This document shows, in pieces, positions 1 through 9,116 of a stretch of 64,000 nucleotides of DNA. The notes below the pieces were generated by a model that made no database searches, was not told the origin of the DNA, and worked only from the letters and a program-made list of their open reading frames with translations. The stretch is from the IMG/VR virus record IMGVR_UViG_3300045988_061891. One strand, written 5' to 3'. Origin of the DNA: a virus. Every line of letters begins with the position of its first letter. Position 1 is the stretch's first letter. Made by a program: the position numbers and the translations under genes.

Positions 1-3000
1 AATATATCAAAGGTTTATGACCTTTCTTCTGCCACTTCCCTTAATATGGAAGTACTATTTAATATTTCTGGATATGGTACGAAGACAGTAGAATGGTATA
101 TAGATGGTGAACAACTTGAGTTTGTTAAAGAGGAAGATGAAGTAGTAGATGTAGAGGCGTCTAGAACTAAGTATATCACTCTGTCTAATTTACAACAAGG
201 TAGGCACTCATTACAACTTAGAGCACACTCTATAGTGAATGGTGAGAAGTTCTATACAAATACCTTGTATAGGGATTTTATAGTATATACTGGTGCATCT
301 ACAGATACTATACTTGGTATTGCTATTGAGGTACCTTCAGAGCATGGTATAATAGGCCCCTCAGATAATGTATCAATATATAATATGGAGCAATATGTTC
401 CATATAGTTTGAGGTTTGCTTCTTATTCTCCTACTAATGAACAAAACATAGAGGTAGGTATCTATCTTAATGATGAGTTAAATGGAGCTATAACCTCGAG
501 TAATGATACTGAAAATAACTATACGTTAGTATCTTCTAAGTCTGGAAATAAAGTGTTGAAGCTTGTGTCTGGGAAAGTAGAATATACAATCCCTGTTGTA
601 GTGACTCCTACATCTATGAATATAAGTGACATCACTAATAATCTTGAACTGGATTTCACAGCTGTAGGAAAAAGTAATTCTTCTCCCAATAGAGATATAT
701 GGTCCTATAACGGATATACAGGAACATTCTACGGTTTTAAGTGGAATGATGTTTCAGGTTGGGTTAATAATAGATTGTTAATGCCATCAGGAACTTCATT
801 CTCTATAGATTATGCTCCGTTGGATAATAACCCTACAGGAACAGGAAAGACTATTGAATTAGAGTTCTCTACATTAAATGTGAGAGAGGATGATGCTATT
901 ATATGTGACCTAAGGAATGCTAGTGGTACTGGATTACTTATAACTGCAACTAAAGTATCATTGACTTCTGAGAATGGTGTTACTGTAGAAACTGAATTTA
1001 GGAGTGGTGAGAATGTAAGAATAGCGTTTGTTATAAATAAGAGTAGTGGTACTCTTAATAAGTGTCTTTCTTTTATTTATACTAATGGTATTATATCTAG
1101 AGGAGAGGCATGGTCAGCTACTGATAAATATGATTCTCCTAAAACCATTAAATTCACTGCATCTGATAAAGTAGAAGTATCTCTTAAGGCTATAAGAATA
1201 TATAACACTGCATTAACTTCTGACCAAATTCTCAATAACTATATTCTCTATAGAGATAGTATAGAAGAGATGACCTCTGTATATGAGAAGAATGATGTGT
1301 ACACAGAAGGAACTACATCTTTTGACCCTAATAAGATGATGAGTAGAGTACCAGTGATGATAGTAACTGGTGACATCCCAGTACTTGAAAATATCTCGGA
1401 TAAGAATACTCAGATAATAGTAGATATAGACTACTACAACATGCAGGACCCTACTAGGAACTTTAGTATGGTTAGTGCAGCTATGAGACCACAGGGTACA
1501 TCTTCCATGGGTTATCCTAAAAAGAATTTTAGAATTTATACACAGAAGGTTGATGATACAATATTATACGATTCTAATGGAAAGGTTGTTCAAGACAAAC
1601 TATACTCTTTTAGGGAGGGTTCACAACCTGTTAATTGTTGGTGTCTTAAAGCTGATTACGCAGAGTCTTCTGGTACTCATAATACTGGTATTGCTAAATT
1701 ATGGAACAAAGCTCTATACAATGTTCAAATAGGCGGAGAATATGTATGTAGAACTAATGCTCAAAAAGCAGCTATTGTTGCAGATTATGAGTATGATGTA
1801 AGAACTGCTATTGATGGATTTCCTATACTTTTATTCTATAGAAAGACTAAGAATGATGACCTTATATTTATAGGTAAGTATAACTTTAATAATGATAAAT
1901 CCACAGAGAGTGTATTTGGTTTTAAAGGAATTCCTGGTTTTGATAATTCCAGAATGCAATGCTGGGAGGTACTCAACAATGGTAATTCTTTAGCTCTATT
2001 TACTACCTCCGAGAACTTTGACACTAAATGGGAAGATGCTTTTGAAAGTAGATACCCTGATACAAGCAATCCAGACATATCAGACTTAAAGACCTTTGCA
2101 GAGTGGATGAGCACTGTTTCTCAAGAAAACTTTGCTACAGAGAAATGGGAACATATGGACATCTATAAACTGGCTGCATATTATGTATATATTCTAAGAC
2201 ATGCGGCAGTTGACCAAACTGTAAAGAACGCAATGTTTACTTCAGAAGATGGGTCCCACTTCTACTATATTCACTATGATAATGATACTGTTCATGGTCT
2301 TATAAATACTGGTAGACTAAGAGTAAAACCAACAGATGACAGACAGTCTACTGATGATTCTGGTGCTTACTTATTTGCAGGTCATGACTCTAGACTTTGG
2401 AATATGCTTGAAAAGGATAAAGAATTCATGGGCATAGTTCAAAAGATGGATAATGCTTTATATTCTGCGGGTATATCATATATCAATATAATTGATATGC
2501 TTGATGGAGAGCAGGCAGATAAATGGGTAGAAAGGGTTTATAATCAAGATGCTCAATACAAGTACATTGGACCATATGCAGAGAAAGGAATTGATAACCT
2601 ATTCATGTTACAAGGTAAAAGAGACTTACATAGAAAATGGTGGTTAGCAAAGAGGTTCTCTATATATGATGCTAAGTTTATTACAGGTCCTTATAAATCG
2701 CAGTCTATTGAGTTTAAATGTATCAATGGTACTCCTGCTGGTCAACAGTTTACTATTGTGTCAGGCTACCCAATAAACTTTGGATATGGCATTAATGATG
2801 AACCAAGAGAAACAGGTATTTATCTCGACAAAGACGGCGAGCATACATTTACTACTACTGAAGTACTTAATGTTGGTGACCCTATTAGAATATATGGTGC
2901 TCCTAATATTAAGGTTTTAGATACTAGGAAGATGGCTGATAAGCTAGCTACTATATCAATAGCAGCTGTTTATGATGATAACTTAGGTACTTGTCTTACT

Positions 3001-5718
3001 CACCTTCGGCTTGGTAGCTCTTCATTAATTAATAATGAGGTTACTGCAATATCGGGATTAAAGCAGGCTAAAAGGTTAGAGTTTATAGATATAAGAAGTT
3101 TCAAAAAGTTGACTTCATTAGACCTATCAGAACATCAATATATTAAATCAGTATGGGCCTCAAATTCAGGCATAGCTTCCCTACTACTAGCTAAAGGAAG
3201 CCCTGTTCAAGTTCTTAAGCTCCCTGCTACTATAACTAATTTAACATTAGAGCAGCTCTCACTCTTAGCTTATAGTGCCATAACCTTTGATGATATTAAA
3301 ACTCTGAAGAATATAAGTATCAAAGATTGTCCTCTTGTAAGCAATAACTTTGGTTTTATCTATAATTGGTTCAATACTAAAGCAACAGATTCAAGTGAGT
3401 GTTCACTAGTAATGGATAATATAAATTGGACTAATGTAGATACTGCACAGTTACTTAGTTTAAAGGCTCTTGGTACTCTTAAATTAAAGGGTAGGATTAA
3501 ACTAGTTGAAGTGAGTGAATCTCAGTTATCTGAGCTTCAGGCAGTGTTTGGAAATAATATATTTAATTCATCATCTGAGTTATATATTATAGCTCCTCCT
3601 GCTGTATACTTAGTTGGTCCTGAGTCTTTAACTGAAGGTGGTACTGGTAAATATTCATGTGTTGTATCTGGTGCTGAATTACAATCAGCCTCTTTCTCTA
3701 TAACATCAGGTAGCAGCTCAGCAATAACTCTAGATTCTACTACTGGTGTATTAACTACTACAGAAGGTGCAGGTGGTAGAGTAATTACTGTGCAATTAAT
3801 AGCTAAAATACGAAAGGAGGGAGAGACTAAAGTCACAACCACAACAAAGACAATGACTACTAGGATTCTTCCAAAGACATACCCCTCAAGTGAGGACACA
3901 ACACTTGAAGGAGATAGTCAGTTAGGAGTAGAGACTACTTATACAATAAAACATTCCAATACTTATACAGGAGATTTTAATGTAACTTGGTCTTTAACTG
4001 GTCTTGATGGTTATGCAGAAATTACAGAGTCTAATAAAACTTCTTGTACTATAAAAAGGCTTCAAGTCATTAATACTGTTATAAGTGGTACTCTAACAGC
4101 AAAGTTCACTAAAGTTTATAATGGTTCTGCATTATTTACTTTATCAAAGTCTGTTCAGTTAGTTAATGACGACATTGCTGTTGCTGATGCTAAAATAGCA
4201 AAAGTATTCTATGATGCTAAATTATGTGCCAATAGTACCTATGTTACCAAAGAAGAGGCTGCTTCAATTACTACGGCTGATATACAGCCTGGTATTAATT
4301 ATTCTACCTCTATATTTAGGTCATTAGACTCAGATTATTCTGGTGATTTTAGCGGATTCAAGTATTTTACATCAGTCACCGCTTTAAAAGATTATATGTT
4401 TGCTAGTAGACACTTTGAGCATTTATGCCTCCCCAACACTATAACTCTTATAGAGAGAGGCTCGGGATTGCGGTATGTGAAGCGTTTAGAGATAAATGAG
4501 GGACTTTCAGAGATGCATCTACTCTTTGAAGGGCAATACCTTAGTCTTCCAAATATTACTTCTCCATCGAAGGGGGACATAGCCCTCTACGTAAATAATT
4601 CTGGTATGACCGTCACAGGGGGTAATAGTATGCCCAATACACTTCGTTATTTTCTTACTTTTTATACTACTAAAAAAGAAGGGTTATCAATAGAGAGCAC
4701 AAATATCAGAGCACTAGTTAGTAATCAACTCTTCCAAATAACTAAGCTTGTAGTAGGAGGAGATGCTGGATTACCTACTACTGTTACAGCACCCTCAGGA
4801 GGGTACTTCGAAGATATGAATACCACGCAAAAGATTATTCTTGAGAAGATTAATACTAATGTATATAAGATAGCCAATGAGATATATTATGCCACAGTAG
4901 TTATAGACACCAATATGTCTGAGCAAAACCCTGACTTCTTTGTTACTTATACCAACCATGATGGCGAAGAAGTTCAAACTACAGTTAAGGCAGGTACTCA
5001 TGTACTACCTATAAAGTATGGTACTACAGTTAAAGTAGTAGGCTCAGAGATAGAAAATCTTATGGTTTCTGATGGTAGTTGGTCATTTAGTGGTACAAGG
5101 TGTAAGGGTAGTATTTCTATGAATTATGTTGAAGCCGCTGATGTATATATTCAACATATAGATGGCACTCTTTATACTAAAGATGATTGGAAGTCAAAAG
5201 GCTTTGCTAACGAGAAGGCAAATGGTGTTGCAGTAGTTAGACCAATTAGTGGCAGTTTTGTTATTGCTAAAGAGCAGGGTCCCAGTTTGGCATGGGGAGG
5301 TTATGATACCACTATTACAGGTATAGTTACAAGCACTTCACTTTCTACAGCAGTTTTAGATAATGATGGAGCTGGTAATACACCTAAAATTATTGAGCAA
5401 CTAGATGGAGTTACTGATAGTAAAGGGATAACAGGAGCTCCTGCGGCAGAATATTGTACAGGATATACATTTCCTGATGGAAAGACAGGCTATCTTTGTG
5501 CCTTAGGAGAGTGGAAAGGTGTTATAGATAACTTCGATAAAATTCAGATGATTCTTGATAATTATATTGGCGGTGATACTATAATTTTCGGTAGTTATTG
5601 GACTAGCACTCAGGGGAGTGTTACCAATAGTTGGGGGGCATCCCTTGACAGGCCTCACCCTATTTCTTCAGGGAAGACTGCTCAGTACCTGGTTCGGGCT
5701 TTTTGCCCACTCTCTTAA
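1..5718 (+). CDS. Multidomain tail fibre / receptor-binding protein, 5' end probably outside the window. Modules: LamG-like, CotH-like, LRR, Big_2-like, BspA-type LRR-like and a DUF1566-like C-terminus.
   Basis: ORF 46..5718 (1890 aa). The frame stays open back to nt 1 (NISKVYDLSSATSLN precedes the first Met). Motifs read in the translation: AIRIYNTALTSDQILNNY (LamG_3-like); RPQGTSSMGYPKKNFRIY ... FYYIHYDNDTVHG (CotH-like); LxxLxL repeats; YLVGPESLTEGGTGKYSCVV (Big_2-like); SYWTSTQ...YLVRAF (DUF1566-like). Confidence 0.6.
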   Translation, partial: NISKVYDLSSATSLNMEVLFNISGYGTKTVEWYIDGEQLEFVKEEDEVVDVEASRTKYITLSNLQQGRHSLQLRAHSIVNGEKFYTNTLYRDFIVYTGASTDTILGIAIEVPSEHGIIGPSDNVSIYNMEQYVPYSLRFASYSPTNEQNIEVGIYLNDELNGAITSSNDTENNYTLVSSKSGNKVLKLVSGKVEYTIPVVVTPTSMNISDITNNLELDFTAVGKSNSSPNRDIWSYNGYTGTFYGFKWNDVSGWVNNRLLMPSGTSFSIDYAPLDNNPTGTGKTIELEFSTLNVREDDAIICDLRNASGTGLLITATKVSLTSENGVTVETEFRSGENVRIAFVINKSSGTLNKCLSFIYTNGIISRGEAWSATDKYDSPKTIKFTASDKVEVSLKAIRIYNTALTSDQILNNYILYRDSIEEMTSVYEKNDVYTEGTTSFDPNKMMSRVPVMIVTGDIPVLENISDKNTQIIVDIDYYNMQDPTRNFSMVSAAMRPQGTSSMGYPKKNFRIYTQKVDDTILYDSNGKVVQDKLYSFREGSQPVNCWCLKADYAESSGTHNTGIAKLWNKALYNVQIGGEYVCRTNAQKAAIVADYEYDVRTAIDGFPILLFYRKTKNDDLIFIGKYNFNNDKSTESVFGFKGIPGFDNSRMQCWEVLNNGNSLALFTTSENFDTKWEDAFESRYPDTSNPDISDLKTFAEWMSTVSQENFATEKWEHMDIYKLAAYYVYILRHAAVDQTVKNAMFTSEDGSHFYYIHYDNDTVHGLINTGRLRVKPTDDRQSTDDSGAYLFAGHDSRLWNMLEKDKEFMGIVQKMDNALYSAGISYINIIDMLDGEQADKWVERVYNQDAQYKYIGPYAEKGIDNLFMLQGKRDLHRKWWLAKRFSIYDAKFITGPYKSQSIEFKCINGTPAGQQFTIVSGYPINFGYGINDEPRETGIYLDKDGEHTFTTTEVLNVGDPIRIYGAPNIKVLDTRKMADKLATISIAAVYDDNLGTCLTHLRLGSSSLINNEVTAISGLKQAKRLEFIDIRSFKKLTSLDLSEHQYIKSVWASNSGIASLLLAKGSPVQVLKLPATITNLTLEQLSLLAYSAITFDDIKTLKNISIKDCPLVSNNFGFIYNWFNTKATDSSECSLVMDNINWTNVDTAQLLSLKALGTLKLKGRIKLVEVSESQLSELQAVFGNNIFNSSSELYIIAPPAVYLVGPESLTEGGTGKYSCVVSGAELQSASFSITSGSSSAITLDSTTGVLTTTEGAGGRVITVQLIAKIRKEGETKVTTTTKTMTTRILPKTYPSSEDTTLEGDSQLGVETTYTIKHSNTYTGDFNVTWSLTGLDGYAEITESNKTSCTIKRLQVINTVISGTLTAKFTKVYNGSALFTLSKSVQLVNDDIAVADAKIAKVFYDAKLCANSTYVTKEEAASITTADIQPGINYSTSIFRSLDSDYSGDFSGFKYFTSVTALKDYMFASRHFEHLCLPNTITLIERGSGLRYVKRLEINEGLSEMHLLFEGQYLSLPNITSPSKGDIALYVNNSGMTVTGGNSMPNTLRYFLTFYTTKKEGLSIESTNIRALVSNQLFQITKLVVGGDAGLPTTVTAPSGGYFEDMNTTQKIILEKINTNVYKIANEIYYATVVIDTNMSEQNPDFFVTYTNHDGEEVQTTVKAGTHVLPIKYGTTVKVVGSEIENLMVSDGSWSFSGTRCKGSISMNYVEAADVYIQHIDGTLYTKDDWKSKGFANEKANGVAVVRPISGSFVIAKEQGPSLAWGGYDTTITGIVTSTSLSTAVLDNDGAGNTPKIIEQLDGVTDSKGITGAPAAEYCTGYTFPDGKTGYLCALGEWKGVIDNFDKIQMILDNYIGGDTIIFGSYWTSTQGSVTNSWGASLDRPHPISSGKTAQYLVRAFCPLS

Positions 5719-5734
5719 TTATAGTACAACTTTT

Positions 5735-5760
5735 CCCAAGGTATTTAAATATACCTTGGG
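5735..5760 (+). other. Perfect 10-bp stem hairpin just after the tail fibre gene (cccaaggtat-ttaaat-ataccttggg). No downstream T-tract.
   Basis: The inverted repeat was read directly, 17 nt after the stop at 5718. Its function as terminator or RNA-processing site is uncertain. Confidence 0.4.
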
Positions 5761-5798
5761 TCAAAAGTTGCAAGAAGTAGCTTTAAAAATTAACCACA

Positions 5799-6311
5799 AT
5801 GATAAGAGTAACTAATTTAAAAGACTATTACACACCAATATCAGTTAGCGGTAATATAGTTAAAATAGCTTTTGATTATAAACCTTTTTATGACACTGAT
5901 GAAGATGGTAATAAAGTAGAATCCAATGTAGGAACATGGGCTGAACATGTATTCAGGAATAAGCCCTCTTTAAGTCAAATAAAAGATTTTATTCTTACAG
6001 AGATAAATAAAAGAACTGATGAACTTATATTGTCAGGCTTTGTATGGAAGGACATTCCTGTATGGCTCTCTATGGAGAATCAACTCAATTATAAGACAGC
6101 CTATGACTTAGCTGTACAAACAAATGGTCAGGTACTTCCTACCTTCAAGTTTGGCACTACAGAGTCTCCTGTATATTATAAGTTTGAAAGTCTGGAGGAT
6201 TTAAAGGATTTCTATATCAGTGCTATGTCCTATGTTACTGATACTTTAGCCACTGGGTGGCAGGAGAAAGACAAAATTGATTGGACGGTATATGAAGACT
6301 TGTTAAAGTAA
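5799..6311 (+). CDS. DUF4376-like protein, putative tail fibre assembly chaperone
   Basis: 170-aa ORF directly downstream of the fibre gene. The C-terminal half (ILSGFVWKDIPVWLSMENQLNYKTAYDLA...LEDLKDFYISAMSYVTDTLATGWQEKDKI) follows the pattern I recall for DUF4376 fibre-assembly domains. Confidence 0.45.
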   Translation: MIRVTNLKDYYTPISVSGNIVKIAFDYKPFYDTDEDGNKVESNVGTWAEHVFRNKPSLSQIKDFILTEINKRTDELILSGFVWKDIPVWLSMENQLNYKTAYDLAVQTNGQVLPTFKFGTTESPVYYKFESLEDLKDFYISAMSYVTDTLATGWQEKDKIDWTVYEDLLK

Positions 6312-6317
6312 AAAGTT

Positions 6318-6722
6318 ATGAGGAGTTTATTGATAGCAATCTTAATCTTCATAGTGGTCTCTTGTACTACCACAAAGTACGTAGATAGACCAGTTCTAGT
6401 GGAGACTGTAAGAACTGAGTATGTGAATCAGCTGTATAAAGACAGTATCTTTGTTCATGACAGCATTGACAGATTTATAAGTGGAGACACAGTACATCAG
6501 TATAAGTACAAGTACATTTACAAATACTTTAACAGGACTGACACTGTTGTCAAAACAGATAGTATTGAAGTACCAGTTGAGATTAAGACCACTGAAGTAA
6601 AAGAAGTCAACAGAATTAAAGGCTATCAATCATTCCTTATGTACTTTGGGTTTGTATTTATTCTTATCCTGGTTTATAAGGTTATTAAGTTTATAAAAAC
6701 CATCCTTAACAAGGGTACCTAA
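6318..6722 (+). CDS. Lipoprotein with a C-terminal transmembrane anchor (unimolecular spanin-like topology)
   Basis: 134 aa. The N-terminal signal has a lipobox (LIFIVVSC|TTTK). A C-terminal hydrophobic helix (FLMYFGFVFILILVYKVI) is followed by basic residues. Confidence 0.5.
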   Translation: MRSLLIAILIFIVVSCTTTKYVDRPVLVETVRTEYVNQLYKDSIFVHDSIDRFISGDTVHQYKYKYIYKYFNRTDTVVKTDSIEVPVEIKTTEVKEVNRIKGYQSFLMYFGFVFILILVYKVIKFIKTILNKGT

Positions 6723-6760
6723 CAAGTAAGATTGCTTGAAATAACAGAACTCAAATTAAA

Positions 6761-7114
6761 ATGATTGAAATGGAAACACTCCTTACTGGAGGTATAGGGT
6801 TACTTACTACTGTGGTTAGTGCTTGGGCTTCTTGGATATTTGCCAGAAAGAAGTATAACAGCGAAGTAGACAATAATCTGATACAAAACATGCAAGAATC
6901 TCTTGACTTTTACAAGAAGTTGTCTGATGATAATAGGACAAGGCTGGAAGAGGTTCTAAAGAGAAATGAAGATTTGGAAGAGGAAGTTAGAGAATTAAGA
7001 ACTCAACTGTTTAGTCTTATGAATTCTATTTGTACTGACCTCTCTTGCCAAATTAGGAGAAGAGAATTTACTAACTTAACTACATTCAAAAATGAAGAAA
7101 GTAAACCTGAATAA
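6761..7114 (+). CDS. Type II membrane protein with a coiled-coil ectodomain (holin or i-spanin-like candidate)
   Basis: 117 aa. An N-terminal TM (LLTGGIGLLTTVVSAWASWIFA) is followed by a charged heptad-like segment (RTRLEEVLKRNEDLEEEVRELRTQL). Confidence 0.45.
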   Translation: MIEMETLLTGGIGLLTTVVSAWASWIFARKKYNSEVDNNLIQNMQESLDFYKKLSDDNRTRLEEVLKRNEDLEEEVRELRTQLFSLMNSICTDLSCQIRRREFTNLTTFKNEESKPE

Positions 7115-7289
7115 CCTGTATGAGTCTCCCTATCCCCCAACAGATATTAATGTTCTATGGGTGGACAAAGATGAATCAACTGGAGACATTAGAGCAATTC
7201 ACAGATATGACCGTGCTGCTAAGGCATGGACTCCTTATCTAGTAGCAGTTGACTACTTAAAGCCTGATGAAGAAGGGCAAGAAGCTTAA
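7092..7289 (+). CDS. Hypothetical small protein
   Basis: 65-aa ORF co-oriented with its neighbours. It overlaps the upstream gene by 23 nt. Confidence 0.4.
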   Translation: MKKVNLNNLYESPYPPTDINVLWVDKDESTGDIRAIHRYDRAAKAWTPYLVAVDYLKPDEEGQEA

Positions 7290-7327
7290 TGACTCAATTA
7301 TTAAATAACAATTAAAATCTAAAAATT

Positions 7328-7420
7328 ATGGGAAGAGCAAAACCTATGGTTGCTAAAGCAGGAGTGGCCAAACAAAGAGAGAGAAGATATGACTGTGAAG
7401 GTAAATTATTTAAAAGTTGA
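7328..7420 (+). CDS. Micro-ORF A, a 30-aa highly basic peptide (MGRAKPMVAKAGVAKQRERRYDCEGKLFKS)
   Basis: Translated by hand (below the 60-aa ORF-track cutoff): ATG 7328, TGA 7418-7420. It is a paralogue of the next micro-ORF. Confidence 0.45.
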   Translation: MGRAKPMVAKAGVAKQRERRYDCEGKLFKS

Positions 7421-7425
7421 TTGTT

Positions 7426-7524
7426 ATGGCAAGGAGAGTAAAAAGACCCAGACCTATGAGTCCTAAAGCTGGTGTAAAGGCAGGCAAAAGATACGGCTGT
7501 GGAGGGAAACTTACTAAAAAATAA
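7426..7524 (+). CDS. Micro-ORF B, a 32-aa highly basic peptide (MARRVKRPRPMSPKAGVKAGKRYGCGGKLTKK)
   Basis: Translated by hand: ATG 7426, TAA 7522-7524. It shares PM-x2-KAGV...(K/R)RY-x-C-x-GKL-x-K with micro-ORF A. Confidence 0.45.
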   Translation: MARRVKRPRPMSPKAGVKAGKRYGCGGKLTKK

Positions 7525-7954
7525 GTGGTGTGTTTATAGACACACCTCACCCTCTGGAAAGGTATATAAAAGTAAATCTTTATATAAAGTATTCTTGATT
7601 GCCTTAAAGTACATTCCAATACTAGTTACACTGTCATATATAGTCAATACTACACTATGTTGGTTTGGTATAGATGCACCAGTCTTAAGTAATGTATCAG
7701 GAATGTCACTATTAACTTGGCTATTCATGTATATAGCAACTTATGTATTTAAATTTTGTAACTATCATAGGCTGCTTCTGTACTTTATATTAATAGATGA
7801 CAGCATTAACATATATGATTACTATTTCACTATACCATTGGAAGACTATATAATGCTTGAATTGCATACTGCAATAATTGGTATATTAGTGATAACACTA
7901 TTGATAAATCATGTTAAAAGTCATAAGAAACCTACTGGTGAAAATAGTGAATGA
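7499..7954 (+). CDS. Polytopic membrane protein (holin candidate), start codon uncertain
   Basis: 151-aa ORF with 3-4 hydrophobic helices (FLIALKYIPILVTLSYIV, MSLLTWLFMYIATYVF, LLLYFILI, HTAIIGILVITLLI). Its first 26 nt overlap micro-ORF B. Confidence 0.5.
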   Translation: MEGNLLKNKWCVYRHTSPSGKVYKSKSLYKVFLIALKYIPILVTLSYIVNTTLCWFGIDAPVLSNVSGMSLLTWLFMYIATYVFKFCNYHRLLLYFILIDDSINIYDYYFTIPLEDYIMLELHTAIIGILVITLLINHVKSHKKPTGENSE

Positions 7955-8174
7955 TATTGATGTAGGTAACAGCAATATCACGGAGAAGGAGGCAATGGAG
8001 CTAACCAAGGTTCTACAATCCTATACAGACAAGACTGTAAAGATGAGCCTCAAAATCAACACTTTGGGGGTGCTATTTTTGTTTAATAGCATTATTAGGA
8101 TTGCTAGATTGTTTAGTTTAACTTTAGGCCATGTAAGCTTACAACACAACAAGTTAATTAATCAAACAATCTAA
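7911..8174 (+). CDS. Hypothetical protein. The C-terminal half may be non-coding read-through.
   Basis: 87-aa ORF overlapping the preceding gene by 44 nt. The last ~40 codons cover AT-rich, intergenic-looking sequence. Confidence 0.3.
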   Translation: MLKVIRNLLVKIVNDIDVGNSNITEKEAMELTKVLQSYTDKTVKMSLKINTLGVLFLFNSIIRIARLFSLTLGHVSLQHNKLINQTI

Positions 8175-8179
8175 CAATC

Positions 8180-9097
8180 ATGGAAAAAACTTATGTTTTT
8201 GACACTGCCGACAGAGGTGGGTTTGATTCTACTGCACTCATTGCAAGTCTAATGGGTAACAGAGGTGTAGACCCTAACCTTATGGCTCTTATACAGAATG
8301 CCTCAAAGAACCAGGATGCCTGGGGTGGAGGTGGAATGTGGTGGATTTGGGTAATCATCATGTTCTGGCTATGGGGTGGAAATGGTAATATGTTTGGTAG
8401 AAATGGTATGGCTGATGGTATCCCTAATCAGCTTAACAATGACTTTGGTAGAGAAGTTCTGCTTCAAGCTATCAATGGTAATGGTACTGCTCTATCACAA
8501 CTTGCTACCACTCTTAACTGTGATGTAAATGCTCTCCAGACTGCTATTGGTCAGGTACAGTCTTCTATACAGTCTATAGCTAACCAAGTAGGTATGACAG
8601 GTCAGCAAATCATCAACTCCATTCAGCAAGGTAACTGTCAGCTTGGTAATCAACTAGCTCAATGCTGCTGCAACATCCAAGACTCTATTACAAGAACTAA
8701 TTATGAGAACCAAATCTCCAATCTGAACCAGACCAATACTCTTCAGAACTCTATCAACTTTGTAAATAGCTCTGTTGAAAGAGGGTTTGCTGCTACAGCA
8801 TATGCAACTGCAAATCAAACTTGTGAACTGAAGAATGCAATTGCTGCTCAGACTCAAGTAATCAATGACAAGTTCTGTGCTCTTGAAATGAGAGAGATGG
8901 CAAGAGAGAACAGAGACCTAAGAGACCAAGTTCAGGCTTATCAACTATCTGCTTCACAACAAGCTCAGACAGCCAACATTGTTAATCAGATTAGGCCTTG
9001 CCCAACTCCTGCCTATGTTGTTCCCAATCCTTATGGATGTGGATGCAACAACTATGGTTACCCATTCAGCAATAGCTGTGGATGTGGGAGTTGCTAA
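8180..9097 (+). CDS. Gln/Asn-rich, Cys-rich membrane-associated protein of unknown function
   Basis: 305 aa. It has a Trp-rich hydrophobic segment flanked by Gly runs (GGGGMWWIWVIIMFWLWGGNGN), a long Q/N-rich helical region with a CCC triplet, and the C-terminus YGCGCNNYGYPFSNSCGCGSC. Confidence 0.55.
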   Translation: MEKTYVFDTADRGGFDSTALIASLMGNRGVDPNLMALIQNASKNQDAWGGGGMWWIWVIIMFWLWGGNGNMFGRNGMADGIPNQLNNDFGREVLLQAINGNGTALSQLATTLNCDVNALQTAIGQVQSSIQSIANQVGMTGQQIINSIQQGNCQLGNQLAQCCCNIQDSITRTNYENQISNLNQTNTLQNSINFVNSSVERGFAATAYATANQTCELKNAIAAQTQVINDKFCALEMREMARENRDLRDQVQAYQLSASQQAQTANIVNQIRPCPTPAYVVPNPYGCGCNNYGYPFSNSCGCGSC

Positions 9098-9116
9098 CCA
9101 TTAAATCTAAAGAACT

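Noticed and set aside
7527-7546. 7-bp hairpin ggtgtgt-ttatag-acacacc just after micro-ORF B
   Set aside because: It has a short stem, no T-tract, and lies inside the reading frame of the following membrane protein. I did not call it a terminator.
8046-8140. Possible weak terminator (cctcaaa...tttgggg) and near-promoter (TAACTTTA) before the 305-aa gene
   Set aside because: The stem needs a G-U pair and the T-run is offset. The box lacks the terminal G of TAnnTTTG and has no TTG element at the right spacing.
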